NCBI GenBank assembly: GCA_040357565.1
Contig: JBDODJ010000001.1
Direction: 5' to 3' (one strand)
DNA from: Cercozoa sp. M6MM
Taxonomy: Eukaryota > Protista > Endomyxa: Ascetosporea
DNA: 64,000 nucleotides
Shown here: positions 38,646 to 55,044 of the stretch, one piece after another
How the letters are laid out: every line of letters starts with the position of its first letter
Position numbering within the stretch: position 1 is the stretch's first letter
Made by a program: the position numbers and the translations under genes
Notes under the pieces: generated by a model
Told to the model about the DNA's origin: nothing
The model's input: the letters and a program-made list of their open reading frames with translations, nothing else
Database searches by the model: none

Positions 38646-40414
38646 ATGTGGCGCAAAGCACTCGCGCGACGAGCCTTCGCGCAGCAGGCGCCCGAGGCCT
38701 CGCAGGCCGGCAAGACACTGCACATGAAGGGAATCACGCTGCTGGGTCGGCCGGCGTATCTGGACGTGCAGGCGACGTCGCCGCTGGACCCGCGCGTGCT
38801 GGACGCCATGATGCCGTGGATGACGCATCAGTACGGCAATCCGCACAGCAGCACGCACGCTTGGGGCTGGGAGGCCAGCGACGCCGTCGAGGTCGCGCGT
38901 GGCCAGGTGTTACCCATTTACCCCCCCCGTTACCCTCCTATTACCCTCTCCCATTACCCACTTACCTCCACTTTACCCCCTTATCCCTTAGGTGGCCGAC
39001 ATCATCGGCGCCTCGGAGAAGGAGATCGTGTTCACGTCGGGTGCGACAGAAAGTAACAACCTTGCCATCAAGGGCATTGCCGAGTTCTACGGCAGCGCGG
39101 CCTCGCGCAAGCCGCGTCGACATATCATTACGACGCAGATTGAGCACAAGTGCGTGCTGGACTCGTGCCGCTCGCTCGAGCAGCAGGGCTTTGAAGTGGT
39201 ACCATCCCCTCCTGTATAACTACTGCATCTTTATATTATATGTATACTATACTATATGTGAACTATATTGCCATATGTCTATATATTTATATACCTATAT
39301 ATACCTATACTGTACACCTACAACATATACCAAAGCTGTATACTAGACTGTATCTTGACACCACATATTAGACATGTGTATATGTGTATCCCTCTGGGCA
39401 GACCTACTTGAAGCCGGACAAGTACGGCATCGTGACGCCTGAGCAGGTGGAGGAGGCCATGCGCGACGACACAGTGCTGGTGTCAGTGATGCTGGTCAAC
39501 AACGAGATCGGCGTCATGCAGGACGTCAAGCGCATCGGCCGACTGTGCCGCGACAGGAAGGTCTTCTTCCACACCGACGCTGCGCAGGCCGTCGGCAAGA
39601 TTCCCATTGACGTCAACGACATGTGCATCGACCTCATGTCCATCAGTGGACACAAGCTGTACCCTTGCATCCACCTTTGCTCCCTTGCCCCCACACCCCA
39701 CCCCTTACCCCCACCTCGTGGACAGCTACGGTCCCAAGGGCATCGGCGCGCTCTATGTTCGTCGGCGTCCGCGCGTACGACTGCGTCCTCTGATCAGCGG
39801 CGGCGGACAGGAGCGCGGTCTGCGCTCGGGCACGCTTGCGGCGCCGCTGTGTGTTGGCATGGGCAAGGCCTGCCAGGTCTCGCAGGAGTGCATGCAGGAG
39901 GACGAGGCGCATGTTTCGCGACTGGCCGCGCGGCTGCAGGACAAGATCCGCGCGGAGCTCGATGACGTCTTTCTCAACGGTCACCCCGAGCATCGCTACT
40001 GCGGAAATGTCAACCTCAGCTTTGCCTACGTCGAGGGCGAGTCACTCCTCATGGGTCTCAAGAATGTTGCCGTCTCCTCTGGCTCGGCCTGCACTTCGGT
40101 AGCTTGCTTTCTCAAGTTTTATCTTTTATCTTCACTTGAAGCCAGCGTTTCTCGTGCGTTTCGCTCATGTCTGGGTTGCTTGCTGACAGGCCTCGCTAGA
40201 GCCAAGCTACGTGCTGCGTGCTCTGGGTGTTTCTGACGAGTTAGCGCACACGTCGATTCGGTACGGCATCGGACGCTTCACCACCGAGGCCGAAATCGAT
40301 CTCGCTGTGCACGAGACTGTGGATTCCGTCAAGCGACTGCGCGAGATGTCTCCTCTCTGGGAGATGGTGCAGGATGGCATCGACATCAGCGCCATTCAGT
40401 GGGAGCAGCACTAA
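38646..40414 (+). CDS. NFS1: Mitochondrial cysteine desulfurase
   Basis: [47 protein letters not shown] (PLP Lys) and [17 protein letters not shown] (catalytic Cys). Four GT-AG introns. Confidence 0.97.
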
Positions 40415-40733
40415 AGCGGCTAGACTGCCCGGCGAGTTGGCCAACTGCGACGACCCGGGTCTAATAATCAACATCTTTTCAATGCTTGCCCACGTAGTTT
40501 TGACGGCCCGCTTGAGTGATCATCCACCTGCCAAATGATACAGTTAGGCCGGTTTCCTGAAAAAACGCGGGTTTCGTGGACAGCTGAGGGCTGAAAAAGC
40601 CCCTTGTTTGAGACACCACATCGCACTGTCACTGAGTGCCAGGTGCTTTGTCAAGTACTAAATAGCCCTTAACGTGCTGTTAGCATCCTCGTAATCCTTC
40701 AGTTTTGCATTCGTGCAATCGAGTTTCGGCGAG

Positions 40734-43006
40734 ATGAGCGACACGCCGGTCGAGTCGATTGGTGTGTGACTTGCATTGTGCGAAAGCTTTTGTGGCTTGC
40801 ACTTTCGTGGTGTTCAGAGGGCATCGTGGGCAATGTTCGTCACTGCTTCAACTCGGGCAAGACGCAGTCGGTCGAGTGGCGCAAGCAGCAGCTCCGTGCG
40901 CTGCAGCGTATGCTGGTGGAGAAGCGCGAGGCGCTCGAGCAGGCATCGCGCGACGATCTTCACAAGCACGCCAGCGAGTTCATCGCGACCGAGTGGATGG
41001 TCACTTACAACGAGGTAGCGCTGTGCTTTTTTATCATATTGCAAGTCATCAAGTCACCGCAGGTGTCGCACACGCTGGCCGAGCTGGACGACTGGGTCAA
41101 GCCGCAGTCGGCGAAACGCAACATTGTCGTGCTCACGGATCGCACCGTGCAAGTGCACAGTCAGCCGCTCGGCGTTGTACTCATCATCGGTCCCTTCAAC
41201 TACGCGACGCAGTTGATTCTGCTGCCGCTCATTGGTGCCATTGCTGCTGGCAACTGCTGGTATCCCCGGCTTTTGTTTCTGTCGTTTGACTCATACAGCA
41301 AGTGCCTTTCAGCGTGATCAAACCGTCCGAGTTGGCCAGTGCGCAAGCTTCGCTGCTACAAGAGCTGCTGCCGCAGTACCTCGATCCTGAAGCGGTATCG
41401 CTACACTCGAAAATAAAAACTTTGACAATTTCGAAATTTAGTTTGAAAGCTTTGGAAGCTTTGAAGCTTTGAAGCTTTCAACGCGTTATCATGTATTGCT
41501 GGGTGTAAGCACAGGTGCAAGTGGTGACAGGCGGAATTCCGCAGTCGCAGGAAGTGCTAAAGCAGCGTTTCGACAAGATCTTCTTCACTGGCGGCGCTCG
41601 CGTCGGCCGCATCGTGATGGAGGCTGCTGCCAAGCATGTGGGCTTCCTTTACTCCTTTACCCCCTACCCCCGCCCCATAACTTTGCCTCCACCCCTTTCC
41701 CACCCAACTTTACCCCCCTTGTGGTTATAGTTGACACCGGTGGTGCTGGAACTGGGTGGCAAGAGTCCGGTCTTTGTGGCCGACGATTTGAGCGACACGG
41801 AGCTGCGACGCGCTGCCGAAACTATTGCTGTAAACTTTAGCCCCTTACCCCCTGACCTCTTCATCCCTTTTTACCCTCTTACCCCCTTACCCCACCTTGC
41901 GTGTAGTGGGCACGCTACAGCAACTGCGGACAGACGTGCATCGCACCAGAGTACGTAATGTGCAGCAGCAGCATGTCGGGTCGACTGGTGGGAGCCATCC
42001 GCGCGGCTGTGCGCGAGTTCTACGGTGACTCGCCGTCCGAGTCGACCGATTACGGCCGCATGATCTCGGAAGGCTACGCTCGGCGCGTGCGTGGACTCAT
42101 CGAGGAGTTGCCTGAGTCGATCGAAGTCGTCGTGCTGGAGGACGAGTCTTCCGACAATGGTAATTTACCCCCCCCCCCCTACCTTCATACCTCTCTTACC
42201 CCTACCTTTTACCCTTTTCCCTCCCCAGCAAAGCACATCCCACCGACGGTGGTGGTGCAGCCGCCGCATGAGAGCACACTGATGCGTGAGGAGGTGTTCG
42301 GACCGGTGCTGGCCGTGCTGCATGTCGACGGTGTCGAAGAGGCCGCCGACTATGTCAATCGCGGTACTCTACCTTCCTCCTACCCCGTTACCTCTACCCC
42401 CCCTAGGTGAGAAGCCCTTGATTGCGTACTGCTTCGCATCGAGTAACAAGACGGTGGACCGCTTCTGCCAACGCACCTACTCGGGCATGTTCGTCGGCAA
42501 CGGGTGTCTTGTCAACGCCTCTGTGCCATCATTGCCGTGTACCTTCCTTACCTCCTACCCCTACCTCTATCCCCTACCCTTACCCCTACCCTACCTTTAC
42601 CCTACCTTTACCTCCTACCCCTATCCCTACCCCCCCCCCCCCAGTCGGAGGAGTCGGCATGAGTGGCATCGGCGGCTACCACGGCAAGCTGTCGTTCGAC
42701 ACGTTCTCTCATCAGAAGGCCGTGCTGATGCGCCGACTCGACATGGCTACCGACGTCATCAACCGCTCGCTGTTGTTCCCGCCGTACTCGCTCCACAAGA
42801 CGCGCCGACTGCTCAAGGTACCAGAGTCCTTCCAAGGAGTATAATCAAGAGTATAATCGTATATGCGCACATATGTGTGTTGAATGTAGATTGCGCTGGT
42901 GTCGCCGCCGATGTCGGCTGCCAAGCGTCGCGCCTTGTTCGCACTCGCCTTCCTCGGAGTGGTCGGCGTCACCGCCTTTGCCACGCACTACTTTATGAAA
43001 CGCTAG
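40734..43006 (+). CDS. Class 3 (fatty) aldehyde dehydrogenase with C-terminal membrane anchor
   Basis: [70 protein letters not shown], and tail [23 protein letters not shown]. Confidence 0.93.
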
Positions 43007-43781
43007 ACTTGACTCTGTCCGCGCGGAGATTGTTCTTTTACGTTAATTTTGGGATTCGACTAAACTCGACTTCATCACGTCAATTGCGAATTCCTGCAAG
43101 GCCAGCGCAGAGACTGAACGCAAGGTGACTGTCGGTTTTGGAAGCTATGGGCTGTCGTGTTGACCGAGAAGTATCAGTCAAGCGGGATCAATGATGGAGT
43201 GACCGATCAGGGCACTGTACTCCGGTCCTTGTATTCGACTGCCGGTGCAGGTCTGAGACCGCGAGGCGACGGGGGGCAGCGAGAGAGCAAAAACAAACCT
43301 TCATAAACCAGGAGACAGTTCTAGATTCTTCCGTTCGTTTTAAGCCGTTTTCCTCGTCAGTCAAACTGGCGATCGGTTCTTTTTCAGCTACAATTGCGGC
43401 TGTGCTTCGCGCTATCTTTTTGTTCGTGCGTTCTTAGAGTGCGCTCGGAGGAAGTACGCCAAAATTACGGTAAAACAATGACGGTTTTGTTGGCACCTTT
43501 CGACTGCCGATCACATTATCGCCGCGCGGCGTGCCATTTCACTTTAGAGCGCTGCAACAGTCATTCGAGTTAGCGGCACTGTGCTGTGTGGTGTGTTCTG
43601 GCTGAGTTTGTTTGGCGCCATTTGTTGTTTCTACCTGGGGGTTGGTTCGCTTTTCGTTCAGTTAAATTTTACCTTGCTGGGCTGACTGAGGTCTAAACTG
43701 CTGTCTTTTCTCAGCTTGGACATACACTGCCTCTGTACTGACTCCGCCCTCCAAACAACTTCTTCGTAACCTAACAACACC

Positions 43782-45070
43782 ATGTCCCACAATAACAGCA
43801 ACAACAGCATTGATACCTCGATGGCGAGCACCGACGATAGTGCAATCATGATGGACAGCGTTCCCGATGACGCTGCTGGCATTCACACTGGCACCGATGA
43901 TACCAGTGACGCGAGTAAAGGCCGTCCGCAGCTTGGACCGTGCAGATATCGACCGATGTTTGGGCCTGATGCGTACGCCGACCTGCCAGAGGAGGACAAA
44001 CTCTTCGCGCCTGACAGTTCGTTCTTGCAGATGCATTCGCCGAGTACTGTACCTGGCAGCTTCTCGAAACTTCTTTGGTGCAAGTGATACTGTCAGGAAT
44101 TCCGACTGTGCACTACTACTGTATGCATATAGGGGTACCCTATCCACTCGTCACCCACGGCAGCACGCCAGGCAGTCGAGCGGGCGCGACGTCGACTTCA
44201 AGATGAGAGTTACGACTACCCCATGGCCGTTGAGTTTGCCTCTGTTTCCGTTTTCAAGCATGCTCTATTAGTGTTTGTTGTTATATACTGTCCTAACTTG
44301 TTTGCAGAGCACGGAGTCATCGCACCTGGAGCCCGTGAGGGAGCCGGCGACGCTGTTGCAGAGCGCGTACGGCTTGGAGCTGCGACGCGCACTGTTCGCT
44401 CGCCATGCGTTTTTGCGTTCTTACTGCGCGGCACCTAAGGAGCGCCAGGTTGAGATCCGTCGACGCGCTCGCGAAGGGTACACTGCTGCTTCAGTTTGCT
44501 CTTTTGTTTCAGTTGTTTTTTTTTTTTGAACTGACTGTTTGACTGATACATCGATGGGGGCAGCGGTCTGGGAGGTGTCGACCAGAACGACATCACAAGC
44601 AGCTGGAATGCGTTGCGCCACTTTGTGGAGAGTGGCTACGAAAGCGACCACCACGCCAGTGCCATGGCCCCGGTTTCTGCCGCAACGCGTCCGCCTGACG
44701 AGCCCGACGCCGAGTGCCACCAGCCTCACATTCCTCCTCTCACTGAAGAGGAACGCAGCACCATTCTGTACGTGTCAAACCTGAGTTTGCCTTGATGTAC
44801 TAACTATCTGCATGAGTTTGGAGCAAGATAATTCGCCACTCGCATTTTGGGACATTTTGCTTGCGTCGACCAACTTTATTCGGAAGTTTAAACGCTGTTT
44901 TCGCTCGCAGGACTACACTCCTCCAGTCGCCGATGGAACTCGTGAGATCGGCGCTGCAAGAGGTGCTCAGTAGCGGAGTGCGTTCCGACAGTCTCAGCAA
45001 CGAGGCGCTGCGCGAATGTGCTGACCGGATTCAACGCAGCCCAAAGAAGCGCCGCCGCGTTGAGTTGTGA
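43782..45070 (+). CDS. Hypothetical protein with C-terminal NLS-like motif
   Basis: Five exon-like segments linked by GT-AG introns; ends SPKKRRRVEL. Confidence 0.55.
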
Positions 45071-45598
45071 AAGAACTGATCATCACACCTCTCTGCAGTC
45101 TTTTCACCAACGCAAACTCCGTCTCTCGACAAAACCGAACGTCGACTGAGCCAAGCTAGCTTTTGCCGTTTTTGCACCGCTGTCTTCGATCAGCGAAACC
45201 TAGCCTTGTTCTTGGTTGGGTAGACCTTCAGTAATCTACTGCAGCGGTTCAGAACGTCTCCGTGCCGTTGTAGGTTGGGTGCTCGATGGCTGCAGACCGT
45301 TTCTTTGGAGTGGTCATTCTAGGGTCAGAGTAGCCACTGTTGTCCAGATTATCGCAATCCCTTTGTTTCCTGTGCTCTCAGGTGGCTTGTAGGCTAAGCA
45401 GCATAAAGTGCAGAGCTCCCGCACACCTGATTTCTCGACACGCTCGGTGTGCTGAGTTTTTGTTGTTGTTGCATTGATCTTTGATCTGTGCCCGTTTGAC
45501 ACCGAATTTGGGTTTGAGCAGACAACAAGAGCGCTTTCGGTATTAACCCCCGCACAGACGACGCAAGAATCGTCTCGTTCTTAGGAAGGAGGAATCTC

Positions 45599-46261
45599 AT
45601 GATCAAGGAACGTGCCACGCAGACGTCTGCGGCCAGCAGCACGCGCACCCACACAGAGGTCTACAGCCAGCACCGGTCCATCGGCATTCAGGTCGGCAGT
45701 AGCCATGCAACTGCTGCGGACAAGGTCGACAGCAGCCTTGTGTCGCAAGGTAAGTCTACTGCATCTGCTATCTACTGCATCTGCTATCTACTGCATCTGC
45801 TATCTACTGCATCTGCTCTCTGCATTTATTTATTGGCTTCCTGAATATTCAGTTGCCCGCATCCTGTTGCGCTTGAAGTACGAGACAGTGAAGGTGCAGC
45901 ACGAGACCGTGCGGCAGCGAGGACGAGTGCGTCAGCACCAGAAGCCGGTGTTGCGCGCACAGAAGAAGACACGCGCCAAGAAAAAGACGTCGCCCAAGAA
46001 GAAGAAGGGAGCCACGGTGTGCTCTCAGTGCGGTCAAGTGTTTGAGAAGTACCAGGTGATTTGTTCTCTTCCCAGTTATTTCCCTGCAGTGCAAAGTGAT
46101 CTATCTATTGTGTATGTGAGCAGGGACTCAATGCGCACCTCAAGGTGCACCGCAACGCCGAGCGACGTGCACAACAGGCTGCGGCCGCTGCTGCTGCCGC
46201 CTCGGCTGCGGCAGCCGGTGCTCCGGTTGTTGCTGCTGCCGGCATGCAGTCGTCGCAGTGA
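45599..46261 (+). CDS. Single C2H2 zinc-finger protein with basic and poly-Ala regions (true start may lie upstream)
   Basis: Spliced CSQCGQVFEKYQ|GLNAHLKVH; the frame is open upstream of the ATG. Confidence 0.65.
45755..45817. repeat. Intronic 16-bp tandem repeat x4 (TCTACTGCATCTGCTA)
   Basis: Seen directly. Confidence 0.9.
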
Positions 46262-46818
46262 GTAGGTTCGCCCGAGCCTCACTGTTTCGGCCCCGTCCCG
46301 AGTCTCGTCTCGTCTCGTCTCATCTCGTCTTGTCTCGTCACTGTCATTGTGCATTTCTTCATCGCTGGCTTCGTCTTGCGCCCTGTCTCTCTTCAACGCA
46401 TGGGAATGCTCCCTGTCCCGTCCTCACTTCGTTCGCGTGCGGCGCCGCACCCTGTCATTTCGGTCGCGGCCAGTCAACGCAATCTACACTCGAGTTTTTC
46501 GTTTGCTATCACGATCAGATGTTTTTAAACTCCCACAGTGGGTGGTTCTAGAACTAGGCGCCTACTAGCTAAGAACTACTAGGGCCCGGTGACCCCAGTT
46601 TAAAACTCGCGCCCAAAGCCACTAACCCCGGCCTGGGCTCGTGGCGCTTCACTTGCGTCGAGGGAAGGGTTCAAACTAAACAAAACTATACTCTTCATTG
46701 CAGGCCAGACGTCTTGCTACTAGTTAGACGAGGACGGGACAGGGAGCGATGAAGTTCATTCTTCAAAACCCACCGACGCGAACGGGTGCCGTCCAATTGC
46801 AATCGCCGAAACTTGAGC

Positions 46819-50247
<3,429 letters not shown>

Positions 50248-50476
50248 TTTGTCACAGTACAGCATGTACCGGTATCGTACTGATTGATCCTCTGGCCCGG
50301 CTTGGCCAAAACAACTCAAGATTGTTCTGAACAACAAGAAATTCAACTTTTTGGTCGGCGTGGACTCCCTGCAGACGTGGTTTTAGGGTGTGAGTATTAA
50401 CAGGTAGATCTCATGCAGGTTTCAGGCACGCCAAAGTGCCTTTTCCACTGCGATAGTGTGATTTTGTGGTAGAACA

Positions 50477-52791
50477 ATGATCAAGCATGTGTTTCGTGGC
50501 GCCTTGTCGCACTGCGTGCGTCATCCGAGCAAGACAGAACACTCATGTGTCGAACTGATCGCCAATGGTCTGGTTGCTGTCGACGAGAGCGGCAAGATTG
50601 CCGCCCTCTGCCGCACCGAGGAGGTATATAGTTTGATGACTCTGATAGATTGGACACGTTGTTGTGCTTTAGGAAGCGGAACAGTGGCTGGCTTCGCACC
50701 AAGACGTTCCAATCCAGCAGCTTGAGGCTGGTAGTTTCTCTTGGTCTGGATGAGTGTACCCCTCAAACTTATTTGGTGTCGCGCCAGGCCAACTTCTGCT
50801 ACCTGGTTTTGTTGACACGCACACGCACGCCCCGCAGTTCGCATTTACCGGAACGTAGCTTTTGCTATTTGCACCTTATGCTAGGGAGTTTCAAGAAATC
50901 ATATTCTGGTGTTGCAGCGGTCAAGGCATCCCGTTGCTCAAGTGGCTAGACACGGTGACTTTCCCAATGGAAAGCCGGTAAACTCAATTTACTCTGGTCT
51001 AACTGTGACCGTGGAACCAACCTTGCTTGCTTGTAGGTTCGATGACGTGGATTTCGCCAACCACGGTATACTCACTGTCGAAAGAGTTGGGGTCAGTTTG
51101 CTCATGTATATTTTGTGAAATTTCAGTGTACGACAAATGTGTTCGTCGCTTGCTCAAGAACGGCACTACAACGGCGACTTACTTTGCTACATTGCACACA
51201 GAGGCTTCATTGGTGCTGGCTAGAATCTGTTCTCAGCTCGGTCAGGTACAGTTTCCCATCGGTTTTTTTTAGTTTTATTTTGTGTTGTTGTTTTGGGGCT
51301 ATTGTTTTCGCTGTTGTACAGAGAGCGTATGTTGGCCGCGTTTCGATGGACCGCAACAGTCCGGACTACTACGTCGAGGAGCAAGCGGCTGCGGCTTCGG
51401 AGGAAGAAGCCTTCGTGCGTCGCTGTCTGCAGCTCAACAACGAGAGCGAGCACATCGACAACTCGCTCGTACAGCCGATCGTGACGCCGCGCTTTGTTCC
51501 GACATGCAGCTCAGAGCTTATGCACAAGCTTGGTGAAATTGTAGTTTCTTTTTCGAACCTGTACGTGTTGCTTCGATTCAAAAAGTTTACTGTGTGCAGG
51601 CGGAGAAGTACAACTTGCTCGTCCAATCGCACATCGTAAGTTTTAGGCTTTCCTTCTTGTTGGACTTGCTCGGACATTCGTTTCACATCGTTCAGTCCGA
51701 GCAACTTGAGGAAATCGATTTTGTGCGTGACTTGCACCCGGACTGCGACGGTTATGCCGAGGTTTACAGGAGGTGCGTCCTGCTCGTGTGTCTTGTGTTG
51801 TTGCTGAATGTTGTCACTCAAGCAGGCACGGTCTGTTGAACTCGCGAACGGTGCAGGCGCATGCGATCTACTTGACTCCTGAGGAAGTCGAACTCTTCCG
51901 CAACGAACGTATTGGCATGTACGTTCGGTTGCACCGTTTGTCGTTCTGTTCCCCATTCGTGTGGCATTTTAGTGCACACTGCCCTTCTTCAAACTTTGCC
52001 ATTCAGAGCGGTATTTTGACTCTAAGATAATCACCTGGGGTGTCATTGTGGTGATGGGAGATGTTGTGTGGTACAGGCACCTTCAACAGTGCGGATGCAT
52101 TGGATGCGGATCTCAAGGTCGGCCTCGGCACCGATGTCGCCGGTGGCTACTCGCCTTCGATGCTGGATGCGATGCGCCAGGCGCTGATCGCGTCGTCCGC
52201 TGTGCACACGCAGAGGGTAGCAAAGGGGCCCATTCTTTCTGCTGTGCAGTGAGTTCAGTTAATCTCCTTTGTGTGTGTGTGTTGCTGTGCCGACAGATGG
52301 TGCAAGAGCGTCGTGGACAGCACGACGATCACGTGCTGCGACAAGGCAGACAGCTCGACTGGAGCGAGGCGCTGTGGCTTGCAACGATGGTACAATGCCG
52401 GTTTTTTGTGTTCTGATTGCGCGTTGATGCTTGGTGTTGACAGGGTGGTGCCGAAGTGCTGAACCGTAATGACATTGGCAACTTTGAGGTCGGCAAGCTC
52501 TTCGATGCCATGATCGTCGACTTCCAGCCTGGTAGTTCTTTCCCTTTTGTGGGATTACGTCGCATGAGACTGGGATGCGTGCGTAGAAAATGGACCACTT
52601 GACATCTTTGAACATGACTCGCTGCAAGACAGACTACAGTACTTTCTTTCTGTTGTTTGATAGTATACCACGGGGTTTGAGTCACCTTCCCCTCCTTTCA
52701 CAGGAAGTTCATTTTCAACGGCGACGACCGCAACATTGCCAAGGTTTTCGTGCAGGGCAACCTGGTTGTTCCTTTCGCTGCCGGCAAGTGA
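50477..52791 (+). CDS. GDA: Guanine deaminase
   Basis: PGFVDTHTHAPQF, KNGTTTATYFATLH, TPRFVPTCS, HCPSSNF, VGLGTDVAGGYS, GNFEVGKLFDA, FNGDDRNI. Confidence 0.95.
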
Positions 52792-52988
52792 GGTCACATG
52801 CATTAGAGTGAGTCCGAGTTTCGTCTCCATGCCTCCATCCACTATACCGAGCCTCTGTGCATTGAGCTCACTGCGCTGTTAATTCACGCTGCCGTGCGCG
52901 ATGACCCAACGCGATCCGATCTGGCACTAGCGTAGTAGCGTAGTTGCAATCAATTGCGCTGACGAAGTTAAACACCGGTGCGGCCGAT

Positions 52989-54723
52989 TTACTGCTGCTT
53001 CTTGGTGTCGGCAGGCGACTGCTCCGGCGCAGTTTGATCAGCGTCAGCCTCGGTGGGTTCGACGTACTCGAAGTCGTCATCGTCAGCGGGATCGACGTCC
53101 TCGGCCTCCTCGTATTTGATGAGAGAGGTGACTTCCTTGAGACCGCCGGTGGCAAAGGCGCCACCCAGCGAGCCCAACAAAACGCCCGGCACGAGGTACA
53201 GCAGCGCCGGCTGCGCGTGCTGGAAGACGCGCATGGCCACAACGGTAACGGCGAGACCGACAACGTAGCCAACACATGCGCCCTGGAAGATGCGATCGCG
53301 ACCGCGCAGAGCCGCCGCGCCGCGCTGCATCACGTCGAAGCGGAACACGAGTGCCAGGAAGATGCCCGGCATCACCACGTCACCCAGTCCGAGCTGCATG
53401 GTACCAAGTAACTTGGGTAACAATCAGAGGCTAGAGGCAGCACAGACATACCAACGAGTAGGCGCGTGCGCCGTCCTTGGTCACCGGGAACAAAAACTTG
53501 ATCGGACCGTCAAATTTCGTGGCAACGTCCACCATGACTGGCGTGCCGAACACCCAGACTACGCGGAGGAGATAAGGGATAGGACCATATGGAATCACAG
53601 CCTGGGACAAGTTACAAACGTCGTAGACAAAGAGGCCGGCCAGCAACATCGCCGCCGCCTTGTAGCTGCCCTGCACAGTCAGACAGACAGATTCATACCT
53701 CTTCATCCCCTCCCCCACTATCACCAGTGCTACCAGTCGAAGCAGTCCAACGGCTTGCACGCAGAGACAGAAAGCGATCATGTTGTTGAACATCCAGTGC
53801 TTGGTCAGTGTGTACACGACGACGACAAAGAGTGACACGGCGCCGAACACCGCATCGGCACCAGTCAGAACCTTGACCGATTTCTGTGGCACCCAAATAG
53901 TAATCATAAAGAGACGGGGGGGGGGGGGTTAAGTGAAGCAAAACCTTCATATCGACTCCAAGTTGCTTGGCCACATAAGCCAGCACCTTGTGTTGGTTCA
54001 GATCGATCTGGAACAACGTCTTTGCCAGGAAGGGTTTTGACTTCAGGAAGGATTCGGCACGTGCTGGGGTTTAAAGGGAACAAAGAGGGTAAATGGAGGC
54101 TGAAATGAGATAAAGGGGATTACCAACGCGCACAAGCGACCACTGCGCCATGAAGACGGACGAGATGCCCACGAAGCACATGTAGGCTGCGATCACGTAC
54201 TTGATCAACTGAGGTGGCGCGTACTTGAACACGAGCCACACGCCGAACAGCATGCACCTGGGAGGGCACAGGGGGTAAAGGGAGACAAAGGAAGACAAGT
54301 GGAGTCCGAAAAGACTAAGGTACGATGCCATCACGGGGAACCACTTGGCATCGTCGCTGCCAATCACTTCCTGCTGCCTGCCGTACTCATGCATATCGCA
54401 GGCCTCCTCTCCTGTGTCATACACGCATAAACTGCATCTATAGACATACTAGACATACACAACAACAATCCAAAGCAAGCTTACCGAGCAATTTGGCGAC
54501 AGAAGAACGCTTTAGCGAGTCGCGCGCGCCAATCCAAATCGTCGGCAGTGCCACCAGCAGCATCTGCACCTTGAGCTGCACCAACAGACGACGTAACACA
54601 ACCAGCTCGGCCAACAACAAGAACAGGGTGCTCTACGGGAAGGTCAACGACGGCAGAGACGAGGTTCGTCATGGCAACAATGCCAAAAGCGTAGCACAGG
54701 CCACGCATGCCTTTCTGCTTCAT
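52989..54723 (-). CDS. Signal peptide peptidase (GxGD aspartyl intramembrane protease, HM13/SPP family)
   Basis: LFVYD.VWVFGTPVM, LGLGDVVMPG and QPALLYLVP; C-terminal KKQQ (dilysine-like). Confidence 0.93.
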
Positions 54724-55044
54724 GGCACCACAATCTCTTTTTTGCTAAAAGTAACCCTTCGCGTCCTCTAAGCTACAGAAAACACCCAAACAATGTCCAA
54801 ACGTGACACTGCTGCTATCTAGAGCGTCGTTTGTACAGCAAACACGACAAAATTAGCGTGGCTACATAATGAAAAATAAAGACCAACTAAGTTTACGCAG
54901 GAAGCGTTTGAGCTCATGCTTATTACTTCTCAGCTAGAGGCGCACGTTGGTCGCGGCGCCTGTGCGCACCGGCACCAAGAGTGCAAGTGTGCAAATGCGA
55001 AACAGAAACATACATAAATTTATCTGATCACGAGACTGAGACGT

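Noticed and set aside
46491-46680. MITE or tRNA-like element between convergent genes
   Set aside because: Only 8-10-bp AT-rich inverted repeats and an imperfect B-box; compatible with chance.
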